DNA of 57,530 nt from Akkermansia sp. Its GTDB lineage: Bacteria > Verrucomicrobiota > Verrucomicrobiia > Verrucomicrobiales > Akkermansiaceae. Under the pieces are notes generated by a model. It was not told where the DNA came from. It saw nothing but the letters and a program-made list of their open reading frames with translations, and made no database searches. Shown piece by piece: positions 1-9,516 of this stretch (positions are counted from its first letter, which is position 1; every line of letters begins with the position of its first letter). The stretch spans positions 1 to 57,530 of the forward strand of contig JAFOZZ010000199.1 in NCBI GenBank assembly GCA_017390945.1, read 5' to 3'. Both the position numbers and the translations under genes were made by a program.

Positions 1-21
1 CTGCCCCGAGTTAATCCTAAT

Positions 22-170
22 CAACTCCGAATCAACTCCGAAGCATCTCCGAAGCAACTCCGAAGCAACTCCGAAGCAACTCCGAAGCAACTCCGAAGCA
101 ACTCCGAACTACTCCGAACTACTCCGAACTACTCCGAAGCAACTCCGAACTACTCCGAACTACTCCGAAC
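22..170. repeat. Tandem minisatellite, 14 copies of core CTCCGAA in 11-bp (CAACTCCGAAG) and 10-bp (TACTCCGAAC) units
   Basis: Core CTCCGAA read directly at 25, 36, 47, 58, 69, 80, 91, 102, 112, 122, 132, 143, 153 and 163; overlaps the stop codon of the minus-strand gene ending at 160. Confidence 0.95.
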
Positions 171-1647
171 TCTTACTCTGTGTAGTGCGATAGGCTACAA
201 GGCTATAATAGCGCTGCGGGTCACGCAGGCGTCCATAACTGTATACCACATTTAATTCAATAAGATGGGAAAGTCTTTTTTGAATCGTATTTGTCGAATA
301 ACCCGTGTATTGGGCTAATTCGCTAGTTCGAACTTTCGTTACGTGAGCCATATATGTCACGATGCTTCGTTCTAAATCATCCAGCACTTCCCATGTTTTA
401 TTTCCGATGTATTGTAGGCAGCGCTCTCTATATCGGGCATGTCGAACGAGGATGTTGTTTTTGAGAATTAATCGCACATTGCCGTAATCAGAGTCTTCCT
501 TAAACGTAGGTGGATTTAAAAATAAGGCCTCCATATCAGCGTAGATACGCTTGACACCCTCGTTCAGCTCTCTGACCCACCCTATTTCAGTAAGAACACG
601 AGCAATAATGGGGTTGCGGGAAGAGCGCGTCGTTTTGATGTTTTTAGGGGTAACCGGGTAAGGCAGTTTCCCCGGACTCTCAATGATGAGGCGGTCATCG
701 TACATAATTATGCGAATATAATCACCGCTTAATGCGTACTCTCTATGAGTGATGGCATTAATGATTCCTTCCTGCCATGCAAATTCCGGATATTCCGGAG
801 TCGTCTCAAACTTGCCTGTTTGCGGATCCAAGGAGGTAAAATCACGGAGCTGATTCTTTACCCATGACTTCACCTTATCAATTAATCCGACGATTGATTC
901 TTCGAATGTCTGATCTTTGATAATATTAAGTTGGGTGCCCGTTTGAGCAGTTTCTCCTTCGTATCTGATAAAGCGCACGCGGCAATTAGGATAAAACTGA
1001 CGAATGTTCGTAGCAAATAATAATACGGCGGCGTGAGTAAGTTTGCCTCGCTTTATCATGCCTCTGGCGGATAGCACTTGCTCTGTAGAAAGCTCTTCCG
1101 CTGCTATAGCCTGTTTGTATCTGGAGATGAGTGCAGAATCTAAATCGTCAATGGTGGCATCTTCGCATATGCTATCCTCGAACTTTTGTAATTGTTTTTC
1201 ATATTCGAGCTGCCGAAGGCTTTCTCCCTTAATTGGTGCAGAACGGTCGCCTATTCGTAGGAATGTGTCATCTTTAGCCGTTCGGATGATACAGGTGCGA
1301 CTGGGATAGATGTGAAGTAATAATAGCCTATCTTTTTCTCCCCGTTTGTTAATGATGGGCATAAATTCATAATCATAGCGGGGCATTGGTTTGCAAGTCG
1401 TGCGAGGCGCTTCTATCAAATCGTTTAGTTTGACCTCATTAAGCGCCCCTATTCCTTCCAGCTCTTTAGCATTGCTAACTCCAATAATCAGGGCTCCGCC
1501 CTCTGCGTTTGCAAAAGCAGATATATCTTCAGCCAGAGCGGCGGGCTTGCTCATTGCTGATTTGCGATCAAAAATGAGATTCTCGTGTTCTGTTGTAATA
1601 TATCTTAGTGTCAGACGAGAATCGTATTTAGAACGCGGATTTTCCAT
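160..1647 (-). CDS. Schlafen/AlbA_2 DNA-binding domain protein with RecG-like HATPase_c_4 domain and C-terminal winged HTH
   Basis: N-terminal E..FDRKS...ISAFANAEGGALIIGV (AlbA_2), central EYPEFAWQEGIINAITHREY...SPG...SRNPIIA...ELNEGV, C-terminal HTH (TSELAQYTGYSTNTIQKRL); ATG at 1647 chosen because it lies 6 nt below a TATAAT box; AT-richer than neighbours. Confidence 0.85.
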   Translation of the reverse strand: MENPRSKYDSRLTLRYITTEHENLIFDRKSAMSKPAALAEDISAFANAEGGALIIGVSNAKELEGIGALNEVKLNDLIEAPRTTCKPMPRYDYEFMPIINKRGEKDRLLLLHIYPSRTCIIRTAKDDTFLRIGDRSAPIKGESLRQLEYEKQLQKFEDSICEDATIDDLDSALISRYKQAIAAEELSTEQVLSARGMIKRGKLTHAAVLLFATNIRQFYPNCRVRFIRYEGETAQTGTQLNIIKDQTFEESIVGLIDKVKSWVKNQLRDFTSLDPQTGKFETTPEYPEFAWQEGIINAITHREYALSGDYIRIIMYDDRLIIESPGKLPYPVTPKNIKTTRSSRNPIIARVLTEIGWVRELNEGVKRIYADMEALFLNPPTFKEDSDYGNVRLILKNNILVRHARYRERCLQYIGNKTWEVLDDLERSIVTYMAHVTKVRTSELAQYTGYSTNTIQKRLSHLIELNVVYSYGRLRDPQRYYSLVAYRTTQSKSSE

Positions 1648-1653
1648 ACATGG

Positions 1654-1681
1654 ATTATACACCCTGTCGGAAATATGTCAA
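1654..1681 (-). promoter_or_regulatory. sigma70 promoter TTGACA-16-TATAAT for the AlbA_2 gene (probably leaderless)
   Basis: Minus strand: TTGACA at 1681-1676, TATAAT at 1659-1654, ATG at 1647. Confidence 0.7.
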
Positions 1682-1736
1682 GTGCGCTATGCATGAGTAT
1701 GTTATGAAAATTGCTTTCTTGTATTTGAGTTCTCAT

Positions 1737-1765
1737 TTGACGGCTCTTGTTGTTTGTGTTAGAAT
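1737..1765 (+). promoter_or_regulatory. sigma70 promoter TTGACG-17-TAGAAT (probably leaderless)
   Basis: TTGACG 1737-1742, TAGAAT 1760-1765, ATG 1772. Confidence 0.65.
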
Positions 1766-1771
1766 GCGAAC

Positions 1772-2254
1772 ATGTTACAAGTTCTGGCACACAGTCCCTA
1801 TTTTCTGATGGATGTTGCTACCAATGCCTTGGTGGTAGTGCTGGTGGTGTTGGGAGTGCCGTTACTGTTTGCTGTGGGGTGCGGTCTGTGCTTTATGGTG
1901 GCTGGTTGGGGGCGCGAGGTGTCGTGGTGGCGGCGTATTCTTGCGCCACTGTTTTGTGGTATCTGCCTGTTTGTTGTGTTGGGGGTGATGGGTGGGCTTT
2001 CAGTTCTGCTCAACTCGGAGCTTCTTCTTTGGGGTGCGCTCGTGCTCCTGCCTATTGTGCTGGTGTTGTTGCCCTTGCTGCTCTGCCGTTATCTGTTAAG
2101 ATTTGGGCGGTGGCGCAGTGTGGTGGTTTCCTTGGCTGCGCCCTTGGTTGGTGCACTCATTGGGGTAGGTGGTTTTCATGCCTCCATTGCGGTGCTCAGC
2201 TACTACATTCCCGAGCCAGCCGCTGAAGAGATGCAGGTTAGCGCTGCGGAGTGA
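1772..2254 (+). CDS. Hypothetical membrane protein, about 4 TM helices
   Basis: Very hydrophobic 160-aa ORF with a promoter directly upstream; similar to the convergent ORF 2294-2770. Confidence 0.75.
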   Translation: MLQVLAHSPYFLMDVATNALVVVLVVLGVPLLFAVGCGLCFMVAGWGREVSWWRRILAPLFCGICLFVVLGVMGGLSVLLNSELLLWGALVLLPIVLVLLPLLLCRYLLRFGRWRSVVVSLAAPLVGALIGVGGFHASIAVLSYYIPEPAAEEMQVSAAE

Positions 2255-2293
2255 GAGCGCGGTCTCATGTAGGCAGCGCTGGGGAAAGGGAAA

Positions 2294-2770
2294 TCAAATG
2301 CTTTGCTCTATGGGAGCGAGGTTCCGCTGGGTTAGGAATTTCTGGAACTGACCGAGCCCCAGAAGGATACCAATGAACAGGAGTACATGGAGAATGGGAA
2401 CCAGCAGGGTAGCTAGTATGCAGCGCCACCAGGCAAAGCGTAGCATGTAGCGGCACACCGGGAGTGGTGGCAGCAGAGCCAACCCGGCAGTAATGTAGAG
2501 CAGCCATTTTACCCAGGGCGTATCAGCCGTGTTGCATTGAACAACAGAGGTTACAATGAGCGCCGGTGAGAGCAGCAGAAAGCTGACAAACGTACACATG
2601 AGGGGCGCCAGCAATTTGCACGTCAGAGATACCGAGTGCCGTATGCCCGCCAGCATGAAACTGAGACCGCATAACAGAAAATACGTGAGTGGTACCAGGA
2701 TGAGGAATAACAGGGTACCGCAGACAATGGCGGTGAGTATTGCTTCGGGGTTATGAGCCAGAATGCACAT
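2294..2770 (-). CDS. Hypothetical membrane protein, about 4 TM helices, paralogue of 1772-2254
   Basis: Hydrophobic 158-aa ORF 19 nt downstream of the PBP gene; shares CGL.FM.AG, LAPL.C and CRY.LRF..WR motifs with 1772-2254. Confidence 0.75.
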   Translation of the reverse strand: MCILAHNPEAILTAIVCGTLLFLILVPLTYFLLCGLSFMLAGIRHSVSLTCKLLAPLMCTFVSFLLLSPALIVTSVVQCNTADTPWVKWLLYITAGLALLPPLPVCRYMLRFAWWRCILATLLVPILHVLLFIGILLGLGQFQKFLTQRNLAPIEQSI

Positions 2771-2788
2771 AGGGTAGTGGAGCGGGGG

Positions 2789-5536
2789 TTAGATTTCCTC
2801 GGCAATATCGTCGTTGGTGAAGAGCGGCGTTTCGGTGTCGGGGTCCACGGCGATGTCGTCCTCCTGCAGCTCGGTGTCTGCGGGGTCTTCTGCGAGGTCG
2901 TCATCCTGAGTATAGACCTGCTGTGCGTTGTGCTTGGTGCAGAACGAGCGCGGCTTGTTGAAGTCGGCCATCGTTTCCGTGTAAGCGGTGTTCTTGTACT
3001 CGCAACCGGCGTGGGCGAGGGCACCGGATTCGCGGCACAAGCGCATGCCCTTGCTGCGCATGCCGGAGGGCGTGCGGCGGATGCTGCTCATGTGGTAGCC
3101 CAGTTTTTCCGCCTGTTTCATGGCGCCTACCCAGATGGGCAGGGCGATAGTGCCGCCGTAGGCCTTGTCGGCGATGGTGGTGGGGCGGTCGAAGCCCACC
3201 CACACTGCGGCGGTGATGTCGGAGGTGAAGCCGCAGAACCAGGCGTTGCGGTAGGCATTGGTGGTACCGGTCATGCCGCCGCAGGGGGCTTTGAAGCCCA
3301 GGCGTTGCACGCTGCCTGCGGTGCCACCGGGCTTGGTAATCTGCTGCAATATGTCCGCCGTGGCATTGGCGGTGCGCTGGCTATAGACGCGGCGGGCGGA
3401 GTTCGGGTTGTGCCAGATGAGGCGGCCAGAGGAATCCGTAATGCTCTGGATGATGTAGGGCGTGGGGCGCACGCCGCCGTTGGCAAAGGCGGTGTAGGCA
3501 CCGGCTACCTCCAGGGGTGAGGCTTCCCAGGTACCCAGGTAGATGGTGGGACCGGGATTGCGCGGCGGCTGGGGGAAGCCGCTCATGAGAGCGGTGTTGA
3601 TGACATTCTGCAAGCCGGCGCGGGCGCCTACGCGCACGGACATGGTGTTACGGCTCTTCAGCAAGCCCCAGCCGGCAGGGTGTGCACCGGTGAATCGGCC
3701 GTCGGAGTTACGAGGGCTCCAGCGCTTGGCACCCGGGATTTCGCCGGGCTGCAGGCGGTCGTCGGACACCATGCTACGCGGGCTTCCCCCGCGCTCAAAG
3801 TAGGTGGAATAGACGATGGGTTTGAAGATGGAGCCCACCTGGCGGCGGCTTTGCAGCGCGCGGTTGAGGGGGGATTCCGTGCTGTCGCGGCCACCTACTA
3901 CGGAGAGCAGGGCGCCCGTGGCGTTGTCAATCATCACACAGGCGGCCTGCACATACTTGGGGGCGGGGCGTATGGCGCCGGGCTCCAGCTTTTTCACCAT
4001 GGCCTGGTACTGGGCTCGCGTCTGGTGCTTGTAGTCGCGGCGCTTTTCGAGCATGTTGAGCAGCTGGGTGTCCAGCTCCTTCATCACGGCAGATTGCAGG
4101 TCTACGTCCAGTGTGGTGCGAATAATCAGACCACCGGCATACATAGTCTCCTCCTTCAGTCGCTCCTCGCGTGTGTCGAGCATTTCGAGGATGTGGTCTA
4201 CCTCGCTGCGGATGAGGTCGAGCGCGTAGTTGTCGATACCTCGGCGCTCGGGCTTTTTCGTCACAATCTTTTCGGCCAGAGCGGCTTCGTATTGCTTGCG
4301 GGTAATCTTGTCGTGCTCCACCAGCAGCTTGAGCACTTTGTCGCGCTGGATGGTAGCGGAGGACAAACTGCGGTAGGGCGAGAACTCGTTGGGGTTACAC
4401 ACGATGCCGGCCAGCATGGCGGCCTCGCCGATGGTGAGCTCGCGCGGCTCTTTGCAGAAGTAGCCGTGTGCTGCCTGCTTGAGCCCCAGGAAGGTGTGTC
4501 CCCAGAACACGCGGTTGATGTAGCAGCGCAGGATGGTGTCCTTGTCGTATGTGGCTTCGATACGGCGTGCCAGTGCCATTTCGGTGAACTTGGCATCGAA
4601 GTTGCGCATGCGGTGGTTGTAGGTATTCTTGGCCAGCTGCATGGTGAGCGTGGAGCCACCCTGCGTGGTGCGCCCATGCTTAAACACCTGTGCCACAGCG
4701 CGCAGCATGCCGCGCGGGTCAATGCCGCCGTGCTCGCGGAAGGAGCGGTCCTCCTGCATGATAAGCGCATCGATGAAGTACTGCGGCACCTCCTTTTCCA
4801 GGTCGTCGATACTGCGGCGGTTTTCGCCGTGCAGGGTGCCGATTTCGGCGCCCTTGCGGTCGTGCACCAGGGTACGCTCCGGCATACGCATCACCTGTGT
4901 CAGGTCGTAGCGACCGGATTTGATGGCATAGAAAAGGATGAGGAAGAACGCCAGTACCGTGCCTACGAATGCTCCGCTGATGAGGAAACGCAGTCCCCAC
5001 TTTACCACGCTGGGTAATTTGCGGGTGAGGAAGGAAATCATGCGGAAGGGGAAGAAGACCCACAGGCCGATGGCTTTCCACAGGCTGGTGCCCTTGCGCG
5101 GCGGGGTTTTCAGCTCCTGCCAGGGGCTGGGGGTGTCATCCATTGGGGGTGAGGCGCTGCGCTTGCGGTATTCGCGGCGCGGGCCGGGGGTACCGAAGGC
5201 GCTGGCGGGGTCGGGAGCATCGCGGTGCAGCACGCGGCGGCCGTCTGGCCCGGGCTGGGTAAGCAGTGGGTCATCCATCTCCATGTAGCCCGGCAGCGGG
5301 GCGGGCTTGTGTGCGTGTCGGCGGGGCTCCGGCTGCTGGCGGCTGCTCGTTTGTGTGCTCCGCGGGTAATCCGCAGCGGGCATGTCTGTGCGCTCCTCGT
5401 TCGGCAGGTATTCGTCCTCGTCGTAGCTGCCGGGTTGCACGCGGCGGCGGGGTGAGGCTTGGGTATACACAGTACTTGCCCCCTGAGTACGATGGCTCGG
5501 GGGGCTGCTCGGGCCGGATTTATAACGGGCACACAT
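2789..5536 (-). CDS. Class A penicillin-binding protein (PBP1A-type transglycosylase/transpeptidase) with long disordered cytoplasmic N-terminus
   Basis: GT51 motifs EDRSFREHGGID, GGSTLTMQLAKN, RCYINRVFWG; transpeptidase SxxK (GSIFK) and SxN (KSRN); single TM at about aa 180-205; exact start uncertain. Confidence 0.92.
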   Translation of the reverse strand: MCARYKSGPSSPPSHRTQGASTVYTQASPRRRVQPGSYDEDEYLPNEERTDMPAADYPRSTQTSSRQQPEPRRHAHKPAPLPGYMEMDDPLLTQPGPDGRRVLHRDAPDPASAFGTPGPRREYRKRSASPPMDDTPSPWQELKTPPRKGTSLWKAIGLWVFFPFRMISFLTRKLPSVVKWGLRFLISGAFVGTVLAFFLILFYAIKSGRYDLTQVMRMPERTLVHDRKGAEIGTLHGENRRSIDDLEKEVPQYFIDALIMQEDRSFREHGGIDPRGMLRAVAQVFKHGRTTQGGSTLTMQLAKNTYNHRMRNFDAKFTEMALARRIEATYDKDTILRCYINRVFWGHTFLGLKQAAHGYFCKEPRELTIGEAAMLAGIVCNPNEFSPYRSLSSATIQRDKVLKLLVEHDKITRKQYEAALAEKIVTKKPERRGIDNYALDLIRSEVDHILEMLDTREERLKEETMYAGGLIIRTTLDVDLQSAVMKELDTQLLNMLEKRRDYKHQTRAQYQAMVKKLEPGAIRPAPKYVQAACVMIDNATGALLSVVGGRDSTESPLNRALQSRRQVGSIFKPIVYSTYFERGGSPRSMVSDDRLQPGEIPGAKRWSPRNSDGRFTGAHPAGWGLLKSRNTMSVRVGARAGLQNVINTALMSGFPQPPRNPGPTIYLGTWEASPLEVAGAYTAFANGGVRPTPYIIQSITDSSGRLIWHNPNSARRVYSQRTANATADILQQITKPGGTAGSVQRLGFKAPCGGMTGTTNAYRNAWFCGFTSDITAAVWVGFDRPTTIADKAYGGTIALPIWVGAMKQAEKLGYHMSSIRRTPSGMRSKGMRLCRESGALAHAGCEYKNTAYTETMADFNKPRSFCTKHNAQQVYTQDDDLAEDPADTELQEDDIAVDPDTETPLFTNDDIAEEI

Positions 5537-5695
5537 GTTACTGCACAGTCAGTCTACCATATCTTCGCTCGTAAAGCAAAGGATTTTGAATGTTTGATTC
5601 TGGTTTTTTGATTTTTGATATGCAAAGTTTGGCAGCAGCGCCGCAGAATGAGCGATGCTAGCTGTCCTTAATGCAGCGCCGCAGGCGCACGCAAA

Positions 5696-5790
5696 AAGGC
5701 CGCTGTCTGTAAAGACTGCGGCCTTGTAACTTGCGGGCAAAGCCCGCCTAATTTCTAAACTTGTCCTTCGTAACTTGTAACTTGTCCTTT
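5696..5790 (-). terminator. Repeated hairpin module (GCCGC.GTCT-N4-AGACTGCGGC plus second hairpin plus heptamer repeats) downstream of the Aas-like gene
   Basis: AAGGCCGCTGTCT-GTAA-AGACTGCGGCCTT with an A-run that reads as a U-tract on the minus strand; near-identical module at 25175-25270. Confidence 0.7.
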
Positions 5791-5801
5791 AAGACGAAGT
5801 C

Positions 5802-7973
5802 TTACTTGATATCGCCCAGGGCTTCGTCTGCCAGCAGCTTGCAGCCGCGCAGGTCGAGCTTGCCGGTAGCGAGGGCAGGGATGCTTTCCACCGGTACGAG
5901 GTACTTGGGAGCCCAGAGGGTCGGCATCTCCATATCTGCCAGCATGGTGCGGATAGAGGTGAGGATTTCCTTTTCCTCGGAGCTGCGCTGGTGCTGCGGC
6001 AGGGAGGAGAGCAGAACGAGTGCCTCGCCCTTCTGCGGGTCGCTCACGCCGGTGATGGCAATCTTCACGCCGTCCTCGGCATTCAGCTGGAAGCCGGTGC
6101 AGAGAGCCTGCTCCACGGCCTCGTGGGGTACCATCTCGCCACCAATCTTGGAGAAGCGGGACAGACGGCCACCGAGGGTCAGGAAGCCATTGAGGTCCAT
6201 CTGGCCAACGTCGCCGGTCTTGAACCAGCCATTCCAGAAGATGTCCTTGTTGAGCTCGGGCTTGCCGAGGTAGCCGGAGAACACGTTGGCACCCTTGAAC
6301 CACACCATACCACGCTCGGTAAGGGGCAGCTCCTTGGTGTCGTCATCCACATCGGTGATACGGATAGCAATGCCGGGAACGAATGCACCGATACTGCGGG
6401 CAACTGTGCCGGGAACGAAGAACTTGGAGCCGGGGATAGCGGGAGCATCGGGCATGTTCACGCCGATAACCGGGGCGGTCTCCGTCAGGCCGTAGCCTTC
6501 CAGTACCTTGACGCCGCACTTATCGAGGAACTCGCGCTCGAGGTCGGGCTGCAGCTTCTCTGCACCCAGCACGAAGTAGCGTACGCTCTTGTAGGTCTCC
6601 ATATCGGCGCGGCGCAGGTAAGCGCGGGCGAAGGTGGGAGTAGCCACCACGAGGGAGAGCTGGTACTTCTGGATAAGCTCGTTGATGGTGCGGGCATCCG
6701 TGGGGTTCGGGTAGGCGCACATCGGGCAGCCGGTGAGCAACGGCAGCATCATGGCCACTGTCAGACCGAAGCTGTGGAAGATGGGCAAGCTGGCCAGGAA
6801 GCGCAAATCCTTCATCTCCAGGCGGCAAGCGCACTGGGAGGCGTTGGCCAGAATCATGCGGTGCGTGAAGGGTACGCCCTTGGGCTCACCACTGGAACCG
6901 GAGGTGAAGAGGATAACGGCCTCGTCGTTGTCCTTGCGGGCATCGGTGTTGAACATCTTGCAGATGACCTGAGCAGGACCAGCCTTAGCCAGCAGCACAT
7001 TGGCAATGAGGGCGGGCTTGGAGAGGCTCTTGAGCAGGTCTTCCACCAGAATGAGCTGGTCTTCCGACGGCCAAGGGAAGGTGTCCAGCTTCTGCATGAA
7101 CTTGCGAGCTGTGATGAAGGTCTTCAGACCGGCCTGGCGCACGGTGCTCTCGAAAGCGGCGCGGGAGGTGGCGTAGTTGATGAGCACGGGGGTGATGCCT
7201 GCCAGCAGGCAGCTCAGCGTGGCAATCACGCCGCCGGGGCCGGGGGGCAGGATAACGCCGATGCGCTTGTCGTCGCGCTTGCGCAGCTGCTTAGCCACGG
7301 TCATGGATACACCCAGAGCCTTGAAGAACGGCAGGGTATTGCCGGTCATGCCATCGATAATCTCGGTGTTCGGGTGAGCCTTAATGCCACGTACCAGCTG
7401 TGTGGTGAGGGAGGTAGCGAGCAGCGGCTGGGCAGAGAAGCGGGCGGCACCGGCCTCCAGCCATGCACGCATCAGGCGCTCGCCGGTCTGCGGGCCGGGT
7501 GCCAGCTGCGGCAGAATGCAGAACTCCTCGTGAGTGCCCTCCTCGGGACGGTCGCGGAACAGATTGCCTACGCTGTCGCCGTAGTAACCCAGGAACAACG
7601 GAATGGGGGAAATGTGAAGGCTGCCGACGTGGCGCAGGAAGGGAGAGGGTACGTCGGAGTAGGTACCACGGTGCTTGGCTACCTGGCCGGGCAGGAATAC
7701 AACGCTCTTACCCTGGCTGAACTTGGCCAGAATCTGCTCGCGCACGTCACGAGATGTGGTGCCGCGGAAGTCGTAGTATTCAATCTCCACTTGCTTCTTC
7801 TTCAGGAAATCCATGATTTCCGGTGCCGGTGGATATGTGGGATCCATCAGGTAGCATACCTGGCCATCCAGCAGGTGGTGCAGGGCGCGCCCAGCCTCGA
7901 TGCTGATGCGGTTGGGCATGTAGAAACCCGGCTTTACGATATTTTCCTTACCGTGTACGATGAGTTCTGCCAT
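5802..7973 (-). CDS. aas: Aas-like acyl-ACP synthetase (AMP-binding enzyme with degenerate N-terminal acyltransferase-like domain)
   Basis: AMP-binding motifs LFTSGSSGEPKGV, EGYGLTE, WFKTGD, GRLSRFSKIGGEMV and TGKLD; 723 aa with N-terminal PlsC-like region (VVFLPG). Confidence 0.85.
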   Translation of the reverse strand: MAELIVHGKENIVKPGFYMPNRISIEAGRALHHLLDGQVCYLMDPTYPPAPEIMDFLKKKQVEIEYYDFRGTTSRDVREQILAKFSQGKSVVFLPGQVAKHRGTYSDVPSPFLRHVGSLHISPIPLFLGYYGDSVGNLFRDRPEEGTHEEFCILPQLAPGPQTGERLMRAWLEAGAARFSAQPLLATSLTTQLVRGIKAHPNTEIIDGMTGNTLPFFKALGVSMTVAKQLRKRDDKRIGVILPPGPGGVIATLSCLLAGITPVLINYATSRAAFESTVRQAGLKTFITARKFMQKLDTFPWPSEDQLILVEDLLKSLSKPALIANVLLAKAGPAQVICKMFNTDARKDNDEAVILFTSGSSGEPKGVPFTHRMILANASQCACRLEMKDLRFLASLPIFHSFGLTVAMMLPLLTGCPMCAYPNPTDARTINELIQKYQLSLVVATPTFARAYLRRADMETYKSVRYFVLGAEKLQPDLEREFLDKCGVKVLEGYGLTETAPVIGVNMPDAPAIPGSKFFVPGTVARSIGAFVPGIAIRITDVDDDTKELPLTERGMVWFKGANVFSGYLGKPELNKDIFWNGWFKTGDVGQMDLNGFLTLGGRLSRFSKIGGEMVPHEAVEQALCTGFQLNAEDGVKIAITGVSDPQKGEALVLLSSLPQHQRSSEEKEILTSIRTMLADMEMPTLWAPKYLVPVESIPALATGKLDLRGCKLLADEALGDIK

Positions 7974-8026
7974 AATCTGTAAGATGTGTGGTTAATTCGG
8001 TCTGTAAGTTGTGCTTCTTTGTAGAA

Positions 8027-8063
8027 GAGGAGCCGCCCGACCCTCGTCGGGTGAGCGGCTCCT
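8027..8063 (-). terminator. Hairpin downstream of the outer-membrane protein gene
   Basis: AGGAGCCGC.CCGAC/GTCGGGTGAGCGGCTCCT inverted repeat. Confidence 0.5.
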
Positions 8064-8143
8064 GTCTCTATTGCAGATAGGAGCTTAGCCTTATTATAGC
8101 AGCTCTTTTCTGCTTTTCCAGATAAAAATCCGGATTTTTTCAA

Positions 8144-9136
8144 TTAGAACGTGTAGGTGGCGCTGATGCCGGCTACTACACCGAAGTTGCGGAAGGGAAC
8201 GTGACCCTCGTAACCGGTGGCGTAAGCTGCCTGGGAGTGACCGTTGGCCTTCAGACCGCCCTTGCCCAGCCAGTTGAAGCTGACAGAGGGGGTGATGATG
8301 AAGTTCTTGTTCACGAACCAGGGGGTGGAAACCTTCACGAAGAAAGCCTGGGGACCATTGGCGCAAGCGTGGTCGGTGTCCTTGAAGTAGTCGTAGGAAG
8401 CGCTCATACCCACGGTTACAGTGCCCAGGAGGGTCAGATCCTCAGGAGTACCAATGATGGGGGCCTTAACGGTGGCATACGGCTCGAACCACCAGCCGCC
8501 CTCCATGCCCTGGAAGGAGTAGCTGGTCTTCATACCGATGCTCAGCCACTTGTAGGGAGTCCACTCGGGCTGTACGAAAGCCTCGTTCACGTTAGAGAAG
8601 CTGCGCTTGCGGAAGTGCTTGGTCATTACGCCCAGCAGACCACCGTGGGTGAAGTTGTGACCGAAAGCCACGTTCCACTTCTCCTCGGTGTACTTAGCCT
8701 CGGTGATAACGGTGAACTGGTTCTCGATGTTCTTGTAGCCGATGGTCTGGCCCATGGCGCCGGCCTGAGCGCCGGTAAGGGGGCCGTATTCAGGGTGCAC
8801 GGCAACGATGTTGTTACCACCGAGCGTAGGCTCACCGTAGAGCTTGTGGCCGGAAAGGGGGGAGATGTAGGCGATGGTGCTGCCCAGGGTCCACTTGCCG
8901 GGCTCACCCAGATCGTAGTTAAGCTTAAGAGCGGCGTTAGCAGAACCGTCACCCTCTGCAACAGTGTGGGAAATCACATAGCCGCGGCCAGTGTAGTTGG
9001 TGTCGATGCCGAGAGAGATAAGGCCGGAGAGCTTCTTCTGAACGGGCTCAACGACGGGAGTCTCAATGATGGTTTCGGTGCCGGCCATGGCGGGCATGAC
9101 GAGGGCTGCTGCGAGCAGTGCGTTACGGAACTTCAT
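8144..9136 (-). CDS. Probable outer-membrane beta-barrel protein (porin-like), likely highly expressed
   Basis: Sec signal MKFRNALLAAALVMPAMA, alternating beta-strand pattern, C-terminal BAM signal AGISATYTF, strongly biased codon usage. Confidence 0.75.
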   Translation of the reverse strand: MKFRNALLAAALVMPAMAGTETIIETPVVEPVQKKLSGLISLGIDTNYTGRGYVISHTVAEGDGSANAALKLNYDLGEPGKWTLGSTIAYISPLSGHKLYGEPTLGGNNIVAVHPEYGPLTGAQAGAMGQTIGYKNIENQFTVITEAKYTEEKWNVAFGHNFTHGGLLGVMTKHFRKRSFSNVNEAFVQPEWTPYKWLSIGMKTSYSFQGMEGGWWFEPYATVKAPIIGTPEDLTLLGTVTVGMSASYDYFKDTDHACANGPQAFFVKVSTPWFVNKNFIITPSVSFNWLGKGGLKANGHSQAAYATGYEGHVPFRNFGVVAGISATYTF

Positions 9137-9245
9137 ATTCGTGTATTTTGGTTGTTGATGTAGCGAGTTGTTTCTATCTACCGTTACCTGTCTTGTCGCT
9201 CGTATCTGAGAGAATGTAGAGTCAACTCTAGGTTACGGTGAGGTC

Positions 9246-9274
9246 ATTTTAGCTGAAAGTTCGAGTACTGTCAA
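9246..9274 (-). promoter_or_regulatory. sigma70 promoter TTGACA-17-TAAAAT for the OMP gene
   Basis: Minus strand TTGACA 9274-9269, TAAAAT 9251-9246; about 100-nt 5' UTR. Confidence 0.7.
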
Positions 9275-9516
9275 GCAAATTCCGTCCCGAAAGGTTAAAA
9301 AAGTTGATTTTTTGCGCATTTTTTTACGAATTTTATGGAATTTTTGCTTTTAATGACACTTTTTGGGCGATTATGACGCGAATATGAGCCCATTTTGGGG
9401 CTCGCGCGTGCGAAAAGAGAGCAAAATGGTGCAAAATTGGCAAATGTGGTGATTTTCGCGTCTTTACTCACAGTTTACAGTTGAGAATACGTGCCAAAGG
9501 GTGTATAGTAGGGCGC

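Noticed and set aside
22-170. Possible CRISPR array at the window start
   Set aside because: Units are 10-11 bp, directly abutting, with no unique spacers and no cas genes
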